The notes under the pieces were generated by a model. It was not told the DNA's origin, did no database searches, and was given only the letters and a program-made list of their open reading frames with translations. Positions 1 to 10,645 of a stretch of DNA of 64,000 nucleotides are shown here, piece after piece (position 1 is the first letter of the stretch; each line of letters begins with the position of its first letter). Source of the stretch: a virus; the IMG/VR virus record IMGVR_UViG_3300025133_000033; one strand, given 5' to 3'. Position numbers and translations under genes: made by a program.

Positions 1-1
1 A

Positions 2-1324
2 GCTAAAGCCGCCAAAGCTAAAGCCGCTGCCAAGGCTGCTGCTGAACTAAAAGAGGCTAGAGCTGCCAAAGCTAAAGCCGATAAAAAGGTCGCCGGAATT
101 GGTAAAGGTCGAAAAGATACAGGTGCAAAGAGAAGGGCAGTTAAAGTTGCTGAAGCCGCTGCCAAGGCCGTTAAAGCTGCTGAGGCCGCTTATATCAAAG
201 GGATTCAAGAGTATGAAAAGCTTGCAGAAGAGGCAGAATCGAAAGCGAAAGAAGCCGCTCTAGAGGCCGCAAAAAAAATCAAGCCTGCTGGTCCTGATCC
301 AGCACAAGTTGATAGAGATAGAAGGGCAGCCGATCTAGAAAAACGTAGGGCGGCAGTTCTTAATAAACCTTCGGCTAAGCCTTCGACAGCAACCCCTTCT
401 AGTCCCGCTGCACTTGGAGGATTATCTCCTACTCCACAAAACCGTATTTTAAAGAAGCCGAAGTCGGACGCTGAAGTCGAGCGTGCCAGGGCTGACAAAT
501 TCAATAAAGAGAGAAGATTAGCTCTTACTCCGTTTGAGCGTTTAAAGGAAGCCAGAAGAGATAGGCATGAAAAAGTTATGCAAGGAAGAAGAGATGCTCG
601 TGCCGAGCAACAGGCAGCAGCAAGAGAGAGATTTGGCGGTCTAAGCTCTGTTAGAGGGCAGGCTGCTCAAGCTAAAGACTTCTCAGTATTTCGCAAGCAG
701 CAGCTTGAGCCTTCAAGACTAGGAGGAATCCAGCCAACCTTTGAGAATAATACGGTGGCAAGAAGAATAGTTGGTAGAGGGCTAGGAGCCAAAGGAGGCT
801 TGGATGCCACCTCTAAGAGTGTCTTAGATACTGTTAGCGGTCAGCACGCATCTAGCCAAAAAGCTTTTATCCGAAGCTTTAGAGGAGAAGAGAGAAATCG
901 TGTATTCCAACAGTTGAATACAGATAAAAATACAAACCTTAGAGAAGACTCAGAGTTTAATGCTCTAAGAGAGAGGCTTGGTCGTAAGCAAGAGACAAAG
1001 ACTGGAAACTCAGGATTTGGCACTCGTTTGCCTGACGGAGGAACAACCTCTCAGGTAGATTCTATTAAGCCTACTGTAGAGACCTTTGCGGCAGCACAAA
1101 ATACTTTTGGTCAACACGTAGGAGCATTAGCAAAAGCTGCCGAGAAACTAGAAAATATGAATGGACTAACAGTTCAGTTTGAAACAAAGGTACAGCCGAT
1201 TGAGGTACTTCTTAATGGTGCTCAGTTAATAGCCGAAGCCACTCCAACAATTCTGAAGAATGTCATGAGTCAATTGTCTGAGAAGATAAAGGAAATGGCT
1301 GGTGGTAATGACCCTACTCTTTAA
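2..1324 (+). CDS. C-terminal part of a long Ala/Lys-rich helical protein, probably tail tape-measure (5' truncated by the window)
   Basis: The frame of ORF 578..1324 stays open back to position 2 (AKAAKAKAAAKAAAELKEARAAK...). Low-complexity helical composition; lies just upstream of tail-like genes. Confidence 0.6.
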   Translation, partial: AKAAKAKAAAKAAAELKEARAAKAKADKKVAGIGKGRKDTGAKRRAVKVAEAAAKAVKAAEAAYIKGIQEYEKLAEEAESKAKEAALEAAKKIKPAGPDPAQVDRDRRAADLEKRRAAVLNKPSAKPSTATPSSPAALGGLSPTPQNRILKKPKSDAEVERARADKFNKERRLALTPFERLKEARRDRHEKVMQGRRDARAEQQAAARERFGGLSSVRGQAAQAKDFSVFRKQQLEPSRLGGIQPTFENNTVARRIVGRGLGAKGGLDATSKSVLDTVSGQHASSQKAFIRSFRGEERNRVFQQLNTDKNTNLREDSEFNALRERLGRKQETKTGNSGFGTRLPDGGTTSQVDSIKPTVETFAAAQNTFGQHVGALAKAAEKLENMNGLTVQFETKVQPIEVLLNGAQLIAEATPTILKNVMSQLSEKIKEMAGGNDPTL

Positions 1325-1339
1325 CAAGGATTAAAAAAA

Positions 1340-2869
1340 ATGTCAAGCGGATTATCATTTGCTTATGGAGACTACAACTTCAGGCCAAGACCTTTCTTTT
1401 CGATTCAGTCTCGACCACTAAAAACTCCAGATGGCTCTGGCTATGGAATTACTCATTCTGTGTCTCTAGAAGGAGATCTGCTCTTAACGGGAACTACTCA
1501 GTTAAGTAGCGGTATACTTGGGGTGTCTGAAAAGATTGAACTCTTAAAGGATGCTCTAGATACAGATGGGCGTCTTTTAGCCATTTCTTGTAATGACAGT
1601 CCAATTATTAGTGGTTATCCGATAGTAGAAGGATATGCCTTTGATCGTGAAAGCGATAATATGACTCGTCGTGCGTCATATAAAATTGATTTTGTTATGC
1701 CTACCATTAAATTAGGTAGCGGAAACGATACATTTAATAATGGAACTTCTTTTCCTCCTTTTATTGAGAGTGCTACTGAGACATGGGACGTTGATTTCGC
1801 TGATGAAAGAATGCCTTTTGATTGGCAGCTACTTGATGGTACTGATGAAAAGTTTGGCCATAAAATGGCTGTTACTCATACAGTTAATGTGGTTGCAAGA
1901 AAAACTTATACTGGAACTGAGGTTGGCAACATTCCGTGGCAAGATGCCCGTGATTATGCTATTGATAGGCTTGGCTTTGATGCTGAGTTTGTTACCCTTA
2001 CAGGGGTTCTAGGTTTGCCTGGAACAGCCTACTTCTCTCAACAGGATGTGTTTAATCATTTCCGCCAAGTCTCTACTGATAAAACTGCCGGGTCTATTCA
2101 AGTTGTTGAAACTTTTATTGTTACTCCTAGCGGTTCAGACAGTTTGCCTAATAACGCTATTGAAAATTTTGACATTAATATTGGCCAAGAAGACGGAATT
2201 GCTACTGTTGGTATCAATGGGAATATTGAAGGCTTAGCATCAATAACGTATACTGGAGATGGAGGTAGTCAAAATGGTTTTAATGTTGGTTCTAGCAAAT
2301 ATTCTGCTGCTTCGGGGTACTATAATATAATAAAGGATAGGTTATTTCAAAGGGCAAAGACAGCATACGCCGCTGTTAGTGGATCGTGTTTTAACCGATC
2401 ACTTAACGCAACAGTTCGTAGTCGTTCGGTAGGCATCAATCCTATTGAAGGAACAATCTCTTATGATTATACGTTTGATACAATTCCAAGCGGCTGCATC
2501 ACTGGCGAATGCATACTTTCCCAAAACATCTCTATTGACGACACGTTGGCATCAGATGTATTTGCTACTCAGACAGTATTAGGACGAGCCCAAGGGCCAA
2601 TTCTACAAGACATTGGGACAATAACAGCAAGCACAAGGACAGTAAGTATCGAGCTAGTAACCCTGCCTCCTACAGACTGTTCTACAGTTGATGCAATTTA
2701 TGCTCCTGTTCCAACTGGTGCTGTTGATGATTTTATCGCAGTGATCTCTGGAGATCTTGCTAGTGCAAATAGTCAGGTATTTGTATCAGCTCAGAGCCAG
2801 AACTGGAACTTTACTATTGGTCGATATACAAAAACTATCGCCTTTACTTACAATAACTGTAGCTCTTAG
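1340..2869 (+). CDS. putative tail/baseplate structural protein
   Basis: 509 aa, beta-rich S/T/G/D composition, follows the tape-measure-like gene, AAGGA RBS. Confidence 0.55.
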   Translation: MSSGLSFAYGDYNFRPRPFFSIQSRPLKTPDGSGYGITHSVSLEGDLLLTGTTQLSSGILGVSEKIELLKDALDTDGRLLAISCNDSPIISGYPIVEGYAFDRESDNMTRRASYKIDFVMPTIKLGSGNDTFNNGTSFPPFIESATETWDVDFADERMPFDWQLLDGTDEKFGHKMAVTHTVNVVARKTYTGTEVGNIPWQDARDYAIDRLGFDAEFVTLTGVLGLPGTAYFSQQDVFNHFRQVSTDKTAGSIQVVETFIVTPSGSDSLPNNAIENFDINIGQEDGIATVGINGNIEGLASITYTGDGGSQNGFNVGSSKYSAASGYYNIIKDRLFQRAKTAYAAVSGSCFNRSLNATVRSRSVGINPIEGTISYDYTFDTIPSGCITGECILSQNISIDDTLASDVFATQTVLGRAQGPILQDIGTITASTRTVSIELVTLPPTDCSTVDAIYAPVPTGAVDDFIAVISGDLASANSQVFVSAQSQNWNFTIGRYTKTIAFTYNNCSS

Positions 2870-2877
2870 GATTTAAA

Positions 2878-5800
2878 ATGGCTGTATTAGGTCAAAATTT
2901 ATGTACTCCCGCTAGAATCTATGGGCCTATCCCACAGGTTCTTTTTTGCGGTTGTAGTGTATTAAGCTTTAATGCTCAAGCAGGATGGAATGAGCAGTCT
3001 TCTAGTATGAGCATTGAGCTTATACAAGACACTTGTGCAGGCCCAAGGGTCTGGTGGGATCAGTCTCTAGCTAGACAATCCTCTTCTAGTTTAGCTGATC
3101 CAGGCTTTACTTTTCCAGAGCCAGGAGTAGCGGCTTATTTTCGTGTTGAAGAAGATCCCGATGGAGCTACCGAAGCTGATCGCGGAGGCTTTGAGTATGC
3201 GGGTATAGTTGAAGGATGGACTCAAAAAAACGATGCCAATGGAAATCCTGTCTATACTGTTAAGCTTGTTGATCCTCGCGTAATTATCGAAAATACTCAG
3301 GTAATTGTTAATAATTTTCCTGGCCAAACTTCTGGCGTATGGAACCTAATCAATGCCTATGGGTTTATTGAAAGTCTGGGCGATACCTGCACATCTTCTC
3401 CTGCTCAAGCTATAGGAGGAGTCTCATGGCTTAATACTATTGGCAACCAAGCCAACTCTAGAGGAATGGTCTGGAACGATGTTCGTTGTGCTATCTCGAC
3501 ATTAACAGCAGCAAACAATAGACCTATGGCATCGTTTTTCTATGACGACTGGTGCCGTGACGCTCGCATTCTCTACGTAGGCCCTGATCCAGCAGATGAT
3601 GGATATGGTATTATTGAAAGAGACGCGGTAATTACCGATCCTGTCTTTCAGACTATCCCTAACGCAAACTTAAATGCCTCTTTTTATCTCATAGATATTA
3701 GAGAGATCCCTTTTACTCCTTTGTACTATAGAATCTCTGGGCCTAATATCAGCCTAATGGAGATGATAAGTCAGGTATGTCAGGACGCGGGGTGCGATTA
3801 TTATGTTGAGCTATTACCGTTCCGCAATGCCGGTAATGTATTCAAGATGATAAAAGTCCGTGTTGCTGTGCGTTCTACCCAACCTACCTTGGGGGTTATA
3901 GATGATTTTATAGCCGCTAAGCAAGCCGCTGTTGCCAAAGCCAATGGGGGTATTCTTGCTTATACTAAAGGTGAAGAGATACGGAATGAAAGCACTTCTA
4001 CCTACCTTATAGGTGGAGAGTTGCGTCAGCACTTTGAGGCTTCCGCTTCTAATATGCTACCATTCTGGGGGCTAGATATAAATGGAGACTTGATCCATGC
4101 TACTGTAGCAAACGATGAGTATAGTGTCCGCATGGATTTGTCTCGTTTAAATGTCTCTTTAAATACTCCTTTTGCTGCTCAATTCCAATGGATAACAGAG
4201 AGAGAATTGCGTGCGGCTTTAAGTGATATTGATGCATGGAAAGAAGTAACCCATTTTATAGATGGAGATTTCGCTGTATGGTTAAGGACAATCAAACAAC
4301 ATAAAAGGTTCCGTCAGCAATTATTAATGGATGCGTTAAACGAGAAGCTGCCAGCAGCAGCTATTAGTATTGGCGGGCCTGACGCTAACAGCTTAGACAA
4401 GGCATTTAATGAGGCAGAAGCCAAAGACTTAGAGATGGCATATGAGTTTGTTCGAACATATGCTGATGAGTTCTATGGTAAGCAGTGGTTGGTAAATGCC
4501 ACCTCTTTTGTTTGCTTTACAACAGATCCAGAATCATCAAAGCTAAGGTATTCTCATGAGCCTTCTACTGAGGGGTGCTGGGTTAATGATGATGTAACTA
4601 CAGTGATTGGCTTAACTCATGACAGCACATCTACAGATTTTTTCCGCGATGAGACCGGAAAGTATCAGCCTATTGTTAAGTTCCCTCTTGTCTCAGCACA
4701 GAGAATTGGAGGAGGTGCTTTCTCTTATACGGCAGACCCTTCTAAGCTAGGAGATGATAATTACATAACAGATGGAGTAGGTGAACTATGGGTTAAGGCA
4801 GAGGTAGATGAGCGTTGGGTAATGGGCACTCCTCTTGTTCCAGCAGCCTCTACTATTTCCTTTTTATTAAAAACCAATGCTCCTGTTACCAATAATACTA
4901 GCGATACCAATAATTTTATTGAAGCCTTCGGGGGCCTTGATATTCTATTAGATGATGAGGCTCTTATTAATGCTAATCCATTGATTCAAGATCGAGGACA
5001 GTTTGCTTTAGGTGCTCTCCACTTTGCATTAGCTCCAAGTGCTGCCCTTGCTCCAACATTGAATCATGTTCAGGTGTATGGTGCCTGGGGGGTAGCTGGA
5101 TTGCCAGGGCAGGTTGATCTAGAAACAGACGATGGTTTTGTTCCGTGGGAGTATGGTAGCGATACTATCATGAATCAAGCCGCCTATAACAAGGTGAGCG
5201 ATTCAGTCACTCAAATGCGTAAAGGCGAAAGAGGATCGATTACTGTTGCGGGCCTTCCTAATATTCCTCTTGGTGCTGAGCTGTTTTCAGTAGATTCAGC
5301 AAGCCCTCCTCACTCACAGGGCACCCAGAAATACCTTGGGACCAGAGTTCAGAGCTTATATCAATGTAGTCCAATCATACCTCATATATCTATAGATATG
5401 AATGAATGGACCGGAGAATTTGGTCCGAATGTCACTAATATAACAGTGAATGCTGGAGCGGGTGGCTTTACTACCGAATACCAATTCAGTACATATACTC
5501 CTACTTTTGGTAGATTTAATAAAGATAATGCGGAGAGATTAAAGCAGGTTGGTCAAACTCGTCTAAGCAACATGAGGAATATACGTGCTCAGAATGCATT
5601 GCGTAGGCAAGTAGGAGCCTCTATTGCCCGTGGAAGACAAATCTTATTGAATCAGCTTGGACGCACCGATAGAGTTCCTAAGAGTGCTCATCATACTTTT
5701 GTTGGTAGATATCTTGATGTGGGGCCGGGCTATAGAAACGAGCTAGCTAGTCACGCTGTTCGTGAGCTAACTCTAGGAATCTCAACAGATGCCGTATATG

Positions 5801-7047
5801 CTAAGTCAGCAATAATGAGTATGGATGGATTACTACGCCCTGTGTCAAAGGCTGGGGATGGGAATCTTTCTCAATATACTTCTTGGGGAGGAGGCTATTG
5901 TACAGACTTTCCCGGTCACGCTAGACAGTCCGATCCTCCCGTTAGAAGCTATACTGGCTTAGCAGTCACTTTAGATTATCTAGACGCTTTAGCAAATCCT
6001 AGTTCTTCTCTACCAACAGATCGTTCTGATACCGCTTTGAGTGGGCATGATATTGAGATTTTAGCTCGCGGCTCCACCCCTCCTCAAAGTGGATGGGCAA
6101 TAACAGAGGGGGCTGATAATGCAGAGGGTTATTCTAGCGATTATCGCTTTTTTGCACTTCGTGGTCCTCTGCTTATTCAACAGTGGGGATATGATCTTGA
6201 AGGCAAGCCCGTTCCAAACAAGGCAGATGCTCCTGCTGATGCACGAGCGGGGAGTTTTCAGACTTCTACTTTGCATGATAAGTTTATGGATGGATGGCTG
6301 CAAGATCCAAAGTCATGGCCATTAGCTCCTCTTGATCTTCGTCTGGATCGAGACAGAGGAGTATGGACTACTCCTCAGCCCCCTAGACCTGTTCATGTTA
6401 CCCCAACAGGCTTTTGTTTATTATCCTCTTCTGGAGCGACCGTTAATAATTCCAGCACAATGTATAAAGCTGATGGAACAACGGTGACTAGTAAGCTAGT
6501 AGATGTAGCATGGCCTTGGACTATTGCTCCTCCTACAGGGATTGGTAAAATTCCTACATATTATGATAATGTAGACTGTAAATATTATGCCTATCCGATC
6601 AACCGTCTTAATGTGGGATCGTTTAGTGGATGGGGAGAGAACGATGATGAACGTACGGTTACTTCCGTTGGAAACGTAACTGATGAAATACATGATACTA
6701 AGAGATTGCTCTTTCAAAATATCCTTGGCCTACCCGGCTCTGGCTGTAAGCCTCTTGCTGGAAATGGGCTTGGGTTTGCAATCAGCGGACACTTAGATTC
6801 TTGCTCAAGAGATGTATATGTTTCTATAACTGGCTCGCCAAGACTTATTGATAATGCTACAGGCACTTGGAGCCTTAACTACATATGTGGTATCAATGTG
6901 AATAAAGACGGGTCTGGATATGTGAAGGACGTAAACTATACTTGTGCAAATCTGACGGGGTTTATTACAGAGTGCAGTGAGTTAGTAATGGTTATGCCTA
7001 CGGGTGACTTGTCTTTATGTGTTTGTGGTCCTGATACTCAGGGATAA
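2878..7047 (+). CDS. large tail/baseplate hub-like virion protein
   Basis: 1389 aa ORF in the tail operon with a Cys-rich C-terminus; no enzymatic motif recognised. Confidence 0.55.
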   Translation: MAVLGQNLCTPARIYGPIPQVLFCGCSVLSFNAQAGWNEQSSSMSIELIQDTCAGPRVWWDQSLARQSSSSLADPGFTFPEPGVAAYFRVEEDPDGATEADRGGFEYAGIVEGWTQKNDANGNPVYTVKLVDPRVIIENTQVIVNNFPGQTSGVWNLINAYGFIESLGDTCTSSPAQAIGGVSWLNTIGNQANSRGMVWNDVRCAISTLTAANNRPMASFFYDDWCRDARILYVGPDPADDGYGIIERDAVITDPVFQTIPNANLNASFYLIDIREIPFTPLYYRISGPNISLMEMISQVCQDAGCDYYVELLPFRNAGNVFKMIKVRVAVRSTQPTLGVIDDFIAAKQAAVAKANGGILAYTKGEEIRNESTSTYLIGGELRQHFEASASNMLPFWGLDINGDLIHATVANDEYSVRMDLSRLNVSLNTPFAAQFQWITERELRAALSDIDAWKEVTHFIDGDFAVWLRTIKQHKRFRQQLLMDALNEKLPAAAISIGGPDANSLDKAFNEAEAKDLEMAYEFVRTYADEFYGKQWLVNATSFVCFTTDPESSKLRYSHEPSTEGCWVNDDVTTVIGLTHDSTSTDFFRDETGKYQPIVKFPLVSAQRIGGGAFSYTADPSKLGDDNYITDGVGELWVKAEVDERWVMGTPLVPAASTISFLLKTNAPVTNNTSDTNNFIEAFGGLDILLDDEALINANPLIQDRGQFALGALHFALAPSAALAPTLNHVQVYGAWGVAGLPGQVDLETDDGFVPWEYGSDTIMNQAAYNKVSDSVTQMRKGERGSITVAGLPNIPLGAELFSVDSASPPHSQGTQKYLGTRVQSLYQCSPIIPHISIDMNEWTGEFGPNVTNITVNAGAGGFTTEYQFSTYTPTFGRFNKDNAERLKQVGQTRLSNMRNIRAQNALRRQVGASIARGRQILLNQLGRTDRVPKSAHHTFVGRYLDVGPGYRNELASHAVRELTLGISTDAVYAKSAIMSMDGLLRPVSKAGDGNLSQYTSWGGGYCTDFPGHARQSDPPVRSYTGLAVTLDYLDALANPSSSLPTDRSDTALSGHDIEILARGSTPPQSGWAITEGADNAEGYSSDYRFFALRGPLLIQQWGYDLEGKPVPNKADAPADARAGSFQTSTLHDKFMDGWLQDPKSWPLAPLDLRLDRDRGVWTTPQPPRPVHVTPTGFCLLSSSGATVNNSSTMYKADGTTVTSKLVDVAWPWTIAPPTGIGKIPTYYDNVDCKYYAYPINRLNVGSFSGWGENDDERTVTSVGNVTDEIHDTKRLLFQNILGLPGSGCKPLAGNGLGFAISGHLDSCSRDVYVSITGSPRLIDNATGTWSLNYICGINVNKDGSGYVKDVNYTCANLTGFITECSELVMVMPTGDLSLCVCGPDTQG

Positions 7048-7063
7048 TTTAACGGAGAAGATT

Positions 7064-7333
7064 ATGAATGAGAAGCCTATCGCTGAAAGAATAGATGAGG
7101 TGGTGGCTCATCTTGAGAAAAACGAAGACATACGCTTAGACAATATCCACACCAAAGATTCCCAAGGAGTGGGAGATACTTTACATAAGGTATTCGAGAA
7201 GTTCGGCTTGACAGAAGAAGGCATTCAGCAAGCAAGTGGGATGCGTTGGTGCGGCTGTCATAAGAGGCGTCAATTCTTAAATCGCATCTTCCCGTATAGA
7301 AAAAAGGCTGACCCAGAACAGGGCAAAGATTAA
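7064..7333 (+). CDS. small phage protein with a GVGDT...CGCxxR...LN..FP motif
   Basis: ORF 7004..7333; likely start MNEKPIAER after GGAG. Confidence 0.55.
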   Translation: MNEKPIAERIDEVVAHLEKNEDIRLDNIHTKDSQGVGDTLHKVFEKFGLTEEGIQQASGMRWCGCHKRRQFLNRIFPYRKKADPEQGKD

Positions 7334-7378
7334 AAAAAGGGCCAGGGTCATTTAAATTCTTTTGACCCCGACCCCCCA
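7333..7378 (-). terminator. intrinsic terminator at the convergence of the + and - transcription units
   Basis: GGGGGTCGGGGTCA...TGACCCTGGCCC hairpin followed by a T-run on the - strand. Confidence 0.6.
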
Positions 7379-7427
7379 CTTGCCCGACGTCACGGTTGTC
7401 ACACCGCCAGTCGCAACAGGACTACTT

Positions 7428-7820
7428 CTAGTCCTTCTTTTTATATACGAACCAACCCTTATTGGGCAAGAAGCCCGAGTGTTGTTCTGCATAAGCCTCT
7501 TCATCTGCTCGTCCTTGCTTCTGCGTATCAGATAGTAGACTCCATCTATGCTTAGGGTAAATCTCTCCACCCTTTCCTTTGACTTGACCAAAGACTAGCT
7601 TTGCTCTGCATTGAATGCTTTGGCAAACTATCTCTAGCCAGTCATTGTCATCTTTATCTTGACGACAAACAAATCTCACATCCTTGTTTCCACATTTTCC
7701 ACACTGGCTATGCTGGAAGATTTCTTGGACACGGGCCATACCCTTGAACAAGTCAACTTCTTTATCGGAGTCTACATCCATCCAGATAGCATCAGTTATC
7801 TTAACTCTAGCAACAGTCAT
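7428..7820 (-). CDS. zinc-ribbon protein
   Basis: CGKC...CQSIQC. Confidence 0.55.
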   Translation of the reverse strand: MTVARVKITDAIWMDVDSDKEVDLFKGMARVQEIFQHSQCGKCGNKDVRFVCRQDKDDNDWLEIVCQSIQCRAKLVFGQVKGKGGEIYPKHRWSLLSDTQKQGRADEEAYAEQHSGFLPNKGWFVYKKKD

Positions 7821-7823
7821 TTC

Positions 7824-8579
7824 TTACCTCTTCTTGTCGAACGATTCTTTCCAGTTTTCATCATAGCCTACTAGATCTTCACTGATAGTAGACTGGTTAC
7901 GTTGATATTCTGCCAACTTAGTCAGAATAAATCGCCCCTCAATGTTTTTAACATCTCTGAGCTTCTTTGCAGCTTTCGCTGTTTCTTGAATAACGGCCAA
8001 CGCATTGACGTTATTACGCTTACACATCTGGTTTATAGCCAGGATTTGCTGATCGTTAATAGGTTCTCCACCAACATCCTCATCAGGATCTTCGGTTGTT
8101 ATTATCTCTTCTGCTGTTTGTACACGAATCTTTAAAGCACGACGCAAAGCCTTGCCTTCCGCTCTTGTACATGCAGTAGCAACAATATGCTGATTAAAAG
8201 GAGAGGGCAACTTACTGCCGACAACATCGACACAGGCCGAAACATCCAGGGTTCCTTTACCATCATTTCTTTCAAAGACAAGTCTATGCTTAGCAGTACA
8301 CTTACCAGTAAGGGCTTGGGCTGGAACCTCAAGGATGTGAGTATCAGATAAAAGGATTTGGCCAAATACCGCTTCAGCTACACGTCGTAGTCCATCAGTA
8401 GTAGGACTTCCATATGAAAGCTCATGGTCTGCAAGCTGATCAAGGATATGCTCAACCCAATCAGAATCAGTACACTTGTGTTGAGGCTCGGTAGAAGAGT
8501 TGGTAGTAATAGCCTCGTCTTCAATAACCTCATCAATGATGCCTACAACGCTTAAATCTTCATCTTTTATATTACTCAT
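7824..8579 (-). CDS. Rad52/Sak-like single-strand annealing protein (putative)
   Basis: ATACTRAEGKALRRALKI resembles the Rad52-family A.T.A.KRA helix. Confidence 0.5.
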   Translation of the reverse strand: MSNIKDEDLSVVGIIDEVIEDEAITTNSSTEPQHKCTDSDWVEHILDQLADHELSYGSPTTDGLRRVAEAVFGQILLSDTHILEVPAQALTGKCTAKHRLVFERNDGKGTLDVSACVDVVGSKLPSPFNQHIVATACTRAEGKALRRALKIRVQTAEEIITTEDPDEDVGGEPINDQQILAINQMCKRNNVNALAVIQETAKAAKKLRDVKNIEGRFILTKLAEYQRNQSTISEDLVGYDENWKESFDKKR

Positions 8580-9376
8580 ACTTCAAAATACCTCTCGTGT
8601 TCAGGGGGGAACTTATTCTTTACTTTAGCTAGAACCTCTTCAACGCTAGACCAGAGTTCTCTCATGTAGCGTTGAGATTCTCGCTTAACTAATTTTACTC
8701 TGATAAGTACCATTCCCGAAGACAAAATCAGGCCATTCTTCTGTTGATCTGCTGCCTGCCTCTTCTCAAGCTTGTCTTCTCCAAACACGGGCTCAAAGTG
8801 TAGAGGCCCATCCACCTCGATTGCAGCCCGACATGAAGGAACATACAGGTCTATATGTAGCCTTTCGTTCTGCAAGATATGTTCTTTATGCTTGTCTACT
8901 CTATATCCCTCCTGAGTGAGCTTTTCGAACAGGAAGTTCTCCGCCTTAGATCCATTTCTGGATGCCTGCTGGATCGCCTCGCTGCTCTTTTTAAAAAAGG
9001 TCGCCCTCTCACTGGGGGTCTTTTTATTCCATGCTTCTTTGCCTATATTTGACCGATCATTTCTTTCATTTTCAGTCAATCCATCCCATACTTTTCCTTG
9101 ACTTTCACTGATCTTAGCTCTAGTCTCTTGTGATTGAGTTTTACCCTCTGTGGGATGCTCGTTTCGACCTTCCGAGATGGCCACTTTTTGAGCCTCTCTT
9201 TTGTCTCTAGACTGAACTCCAAGCTTAGTAGCATCTCTACGAACCTTGTTTGGATATGTCCCCACTAGCTTGGCAACCTCTCCCCAGCTTAATTGGTCCT
9301 TATTATACCATTTATTATAGTGCTTCAAACGAACACTATCTGGCTCTGCGAAAAACTCTTCTCTTAGGGTTGTCAT
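8576..9376 (-). CDS. NUMOD3-repeat plus DUF559/Vsr-like PD-(D/E)XK endonuclease
   Basis: SQETRAKISES (NUMOD3-like); HIDLYVP..AIEVDGPLH...D..KN..L...G..LIRV. Confidence 0.65.
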   Translation of the reverse strand: MTTLREEFFAEPDSVRLKHYNKWYNKDQLSWGEVAKLVGTYPNKVRRDATKLGVQSRDKREAQKVAISEGRNEHPTEGKTQSQETRAKISESQGKVWDGLTENERNDRSNIGKEAWNKKTPSERATFFKKSSEAIQQASRNGSKAENFLFEKLTQEGYRVDKHKEHILQNERLHIDLYVPSCRAAIEVDGPLHFEPVFGEDKLEKRQAADQQKNGLILSSGMVLIRVKLVKRESQRYMRELWSSVEEVLAKVKNKFPPEHERYFEV

Positions 9377-9819
9377 AGTATCACCTCCTCAAGCGATTCT
9401 CTATCCCAATTATACGCAATCCCCGCAGGCTGTTTAAATAGCTGACTAAATAGATTATAGTGGGTCTTACCGCGTGCAATTATCTCCATCTCGTCATGAT
9501 AAAAAATCTTATTAATTTGTTGAAAACCAAACTGTTGTAGCTGCATCCATTCAAAATGCCAAATATAGTAGTATTTCTTAGTTGCGGTTAAGCAGTTCGC
9601 AGCTACTTGTGCAGATAGCATTGAAGTAGCAATCAGTATGCCTGGATGATGAAGTGCTTCTATCTGCTGCATAATAGCAAACTTATTCTCCATCGGCAAC
9701 TGCTTCAAGCCGCTGGTAAATAAATATACATCCTGGGTTTTTGATAGCTCATTCAGAGCCTTAAACATAAAGTGGTTTTGGGGCGAGCCCACGACCTCAT
9801 CAACAATTACGCCTATCAT
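9373..9819 (-). CDS. hypothetical protein, glycosyltransferase-cluster associated
   Basis: 148 aa ORF overlapping its neighbours. Confidence 0.55.
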   Translation of the reverse strand: MIGVIVDEVVGSPQNHFMFKALNELSKTQDVYLFTSGLKQLPMENKFAIMQQIEALHHPGILIATSMLSAQVAANCLTATKKYYYIWHFEWMQLQQFGFQQINKIFYHDEMEIIARGKTHYNLFSQLFKQPAGIAYNWDRESLEEVIL

Positions 9820-10645
9820 ATTGGTATATCCTTTGTTTGGTTATTTCTCTTAGTTCCTCAAGGCCCAGCTTATCAAATATTTCAGATAAGGTGTGGTGGT
9901 AAGTATCTTGGTAGGCCATGACCACCTTGTCTGCGAGTAGCTCTTTGCCTTTAATAGCCTCTTGGCATTTTTCAATCAATTCCTCAATGCTGCTGAAGTT
10001 GTGCTCTTCCTTTTTTTGTCTAGAAAAAACAAGAGGAGTGCAATTATTATAGCAGGCATCATTAACCCTCTGCTCATCAAATGAGACAAAGACCTTTGCG
10101 GAAGCAAAAGCTTTCTTATAGTCGTCGGGTCTAAGCTGCCCCAAGTAGTTTGGGATTGGTACGCGAGTGTTGCCATAAATTTTAGTTTGAAATTGGTGGC
10201 TTAATACCCTCAATGCCAACATTTCAAATTCATTCTTTATGTCTGTGTTGTCTGTTATGGCTACTACATCGGTAAGAAAACTAGGAGCCTCTTGACCGCC
10301 AGTCATGTCCACCATGTCCGTAGAGTAGCCCATCATTATGTCAGCACCATTAGATACCTCATCAGTCATACCTATTCTAAGATTAGGAGTAGCGGTACTT
10401 AAAGTAGGTTGAAATTGGAAGAAGACAAACTTAGTGTCTGGAAATTCCTTTTGAGCCAATTCTATAGATCTATCTAGAGCATCCCTATCATGGTAGAAAA
10501 GAATATCAGGCTTTTGGTCCTGCATCAAATCGAATAGAGGCATCTCTTGATCGTTCCACAGGAAAGTATGTGGAATCACAGTCCTTAGTGCTTGGGCTAA
10601 CCCATAAACTCTTAGGTCTGGATGCTGGGAAATAAATACCTTCAT
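9800..10645 (-). CDS. diverged glycosyltransferase-like protein
   Basis: KPDILF N-terminal motif; NYLGQL...KAFASAKVFV resembles the GT-B C-terminal domain. Confidence 0.45.
   Translation of the reverse strand: MKVFISQHPDLRVYGLAQALRTVIPHTFLWNDQEMPLFDLMQDQKPDILFYHDRDALDRSIELAQKEFPDTKFVFFQFQPTLSTATPNLRIGMTDEVSNGADIMMGYSTDMVDMTGGQEAPSFLTDVVAITDNTDIKNEFEMLALRVLSHQFQTKIYGNTRVPIPNYLGQLRPDDYKKAFASAKVFVSFDEQRVNDACYNNCTPLVFSRQKKEEHNFSSIEELIEKCQEAIKGKELLADKVVMAYQDTYHHTLSEIFDKLGLEELREITKQRIYQYDRRNC

Noticed and set aside
2-300. Tandem DNA repeat or histone-like gene
   Set aside because: The GCT/AAA-rich periodicity is explained by Ala/Lys codons within the long upstream ORF.
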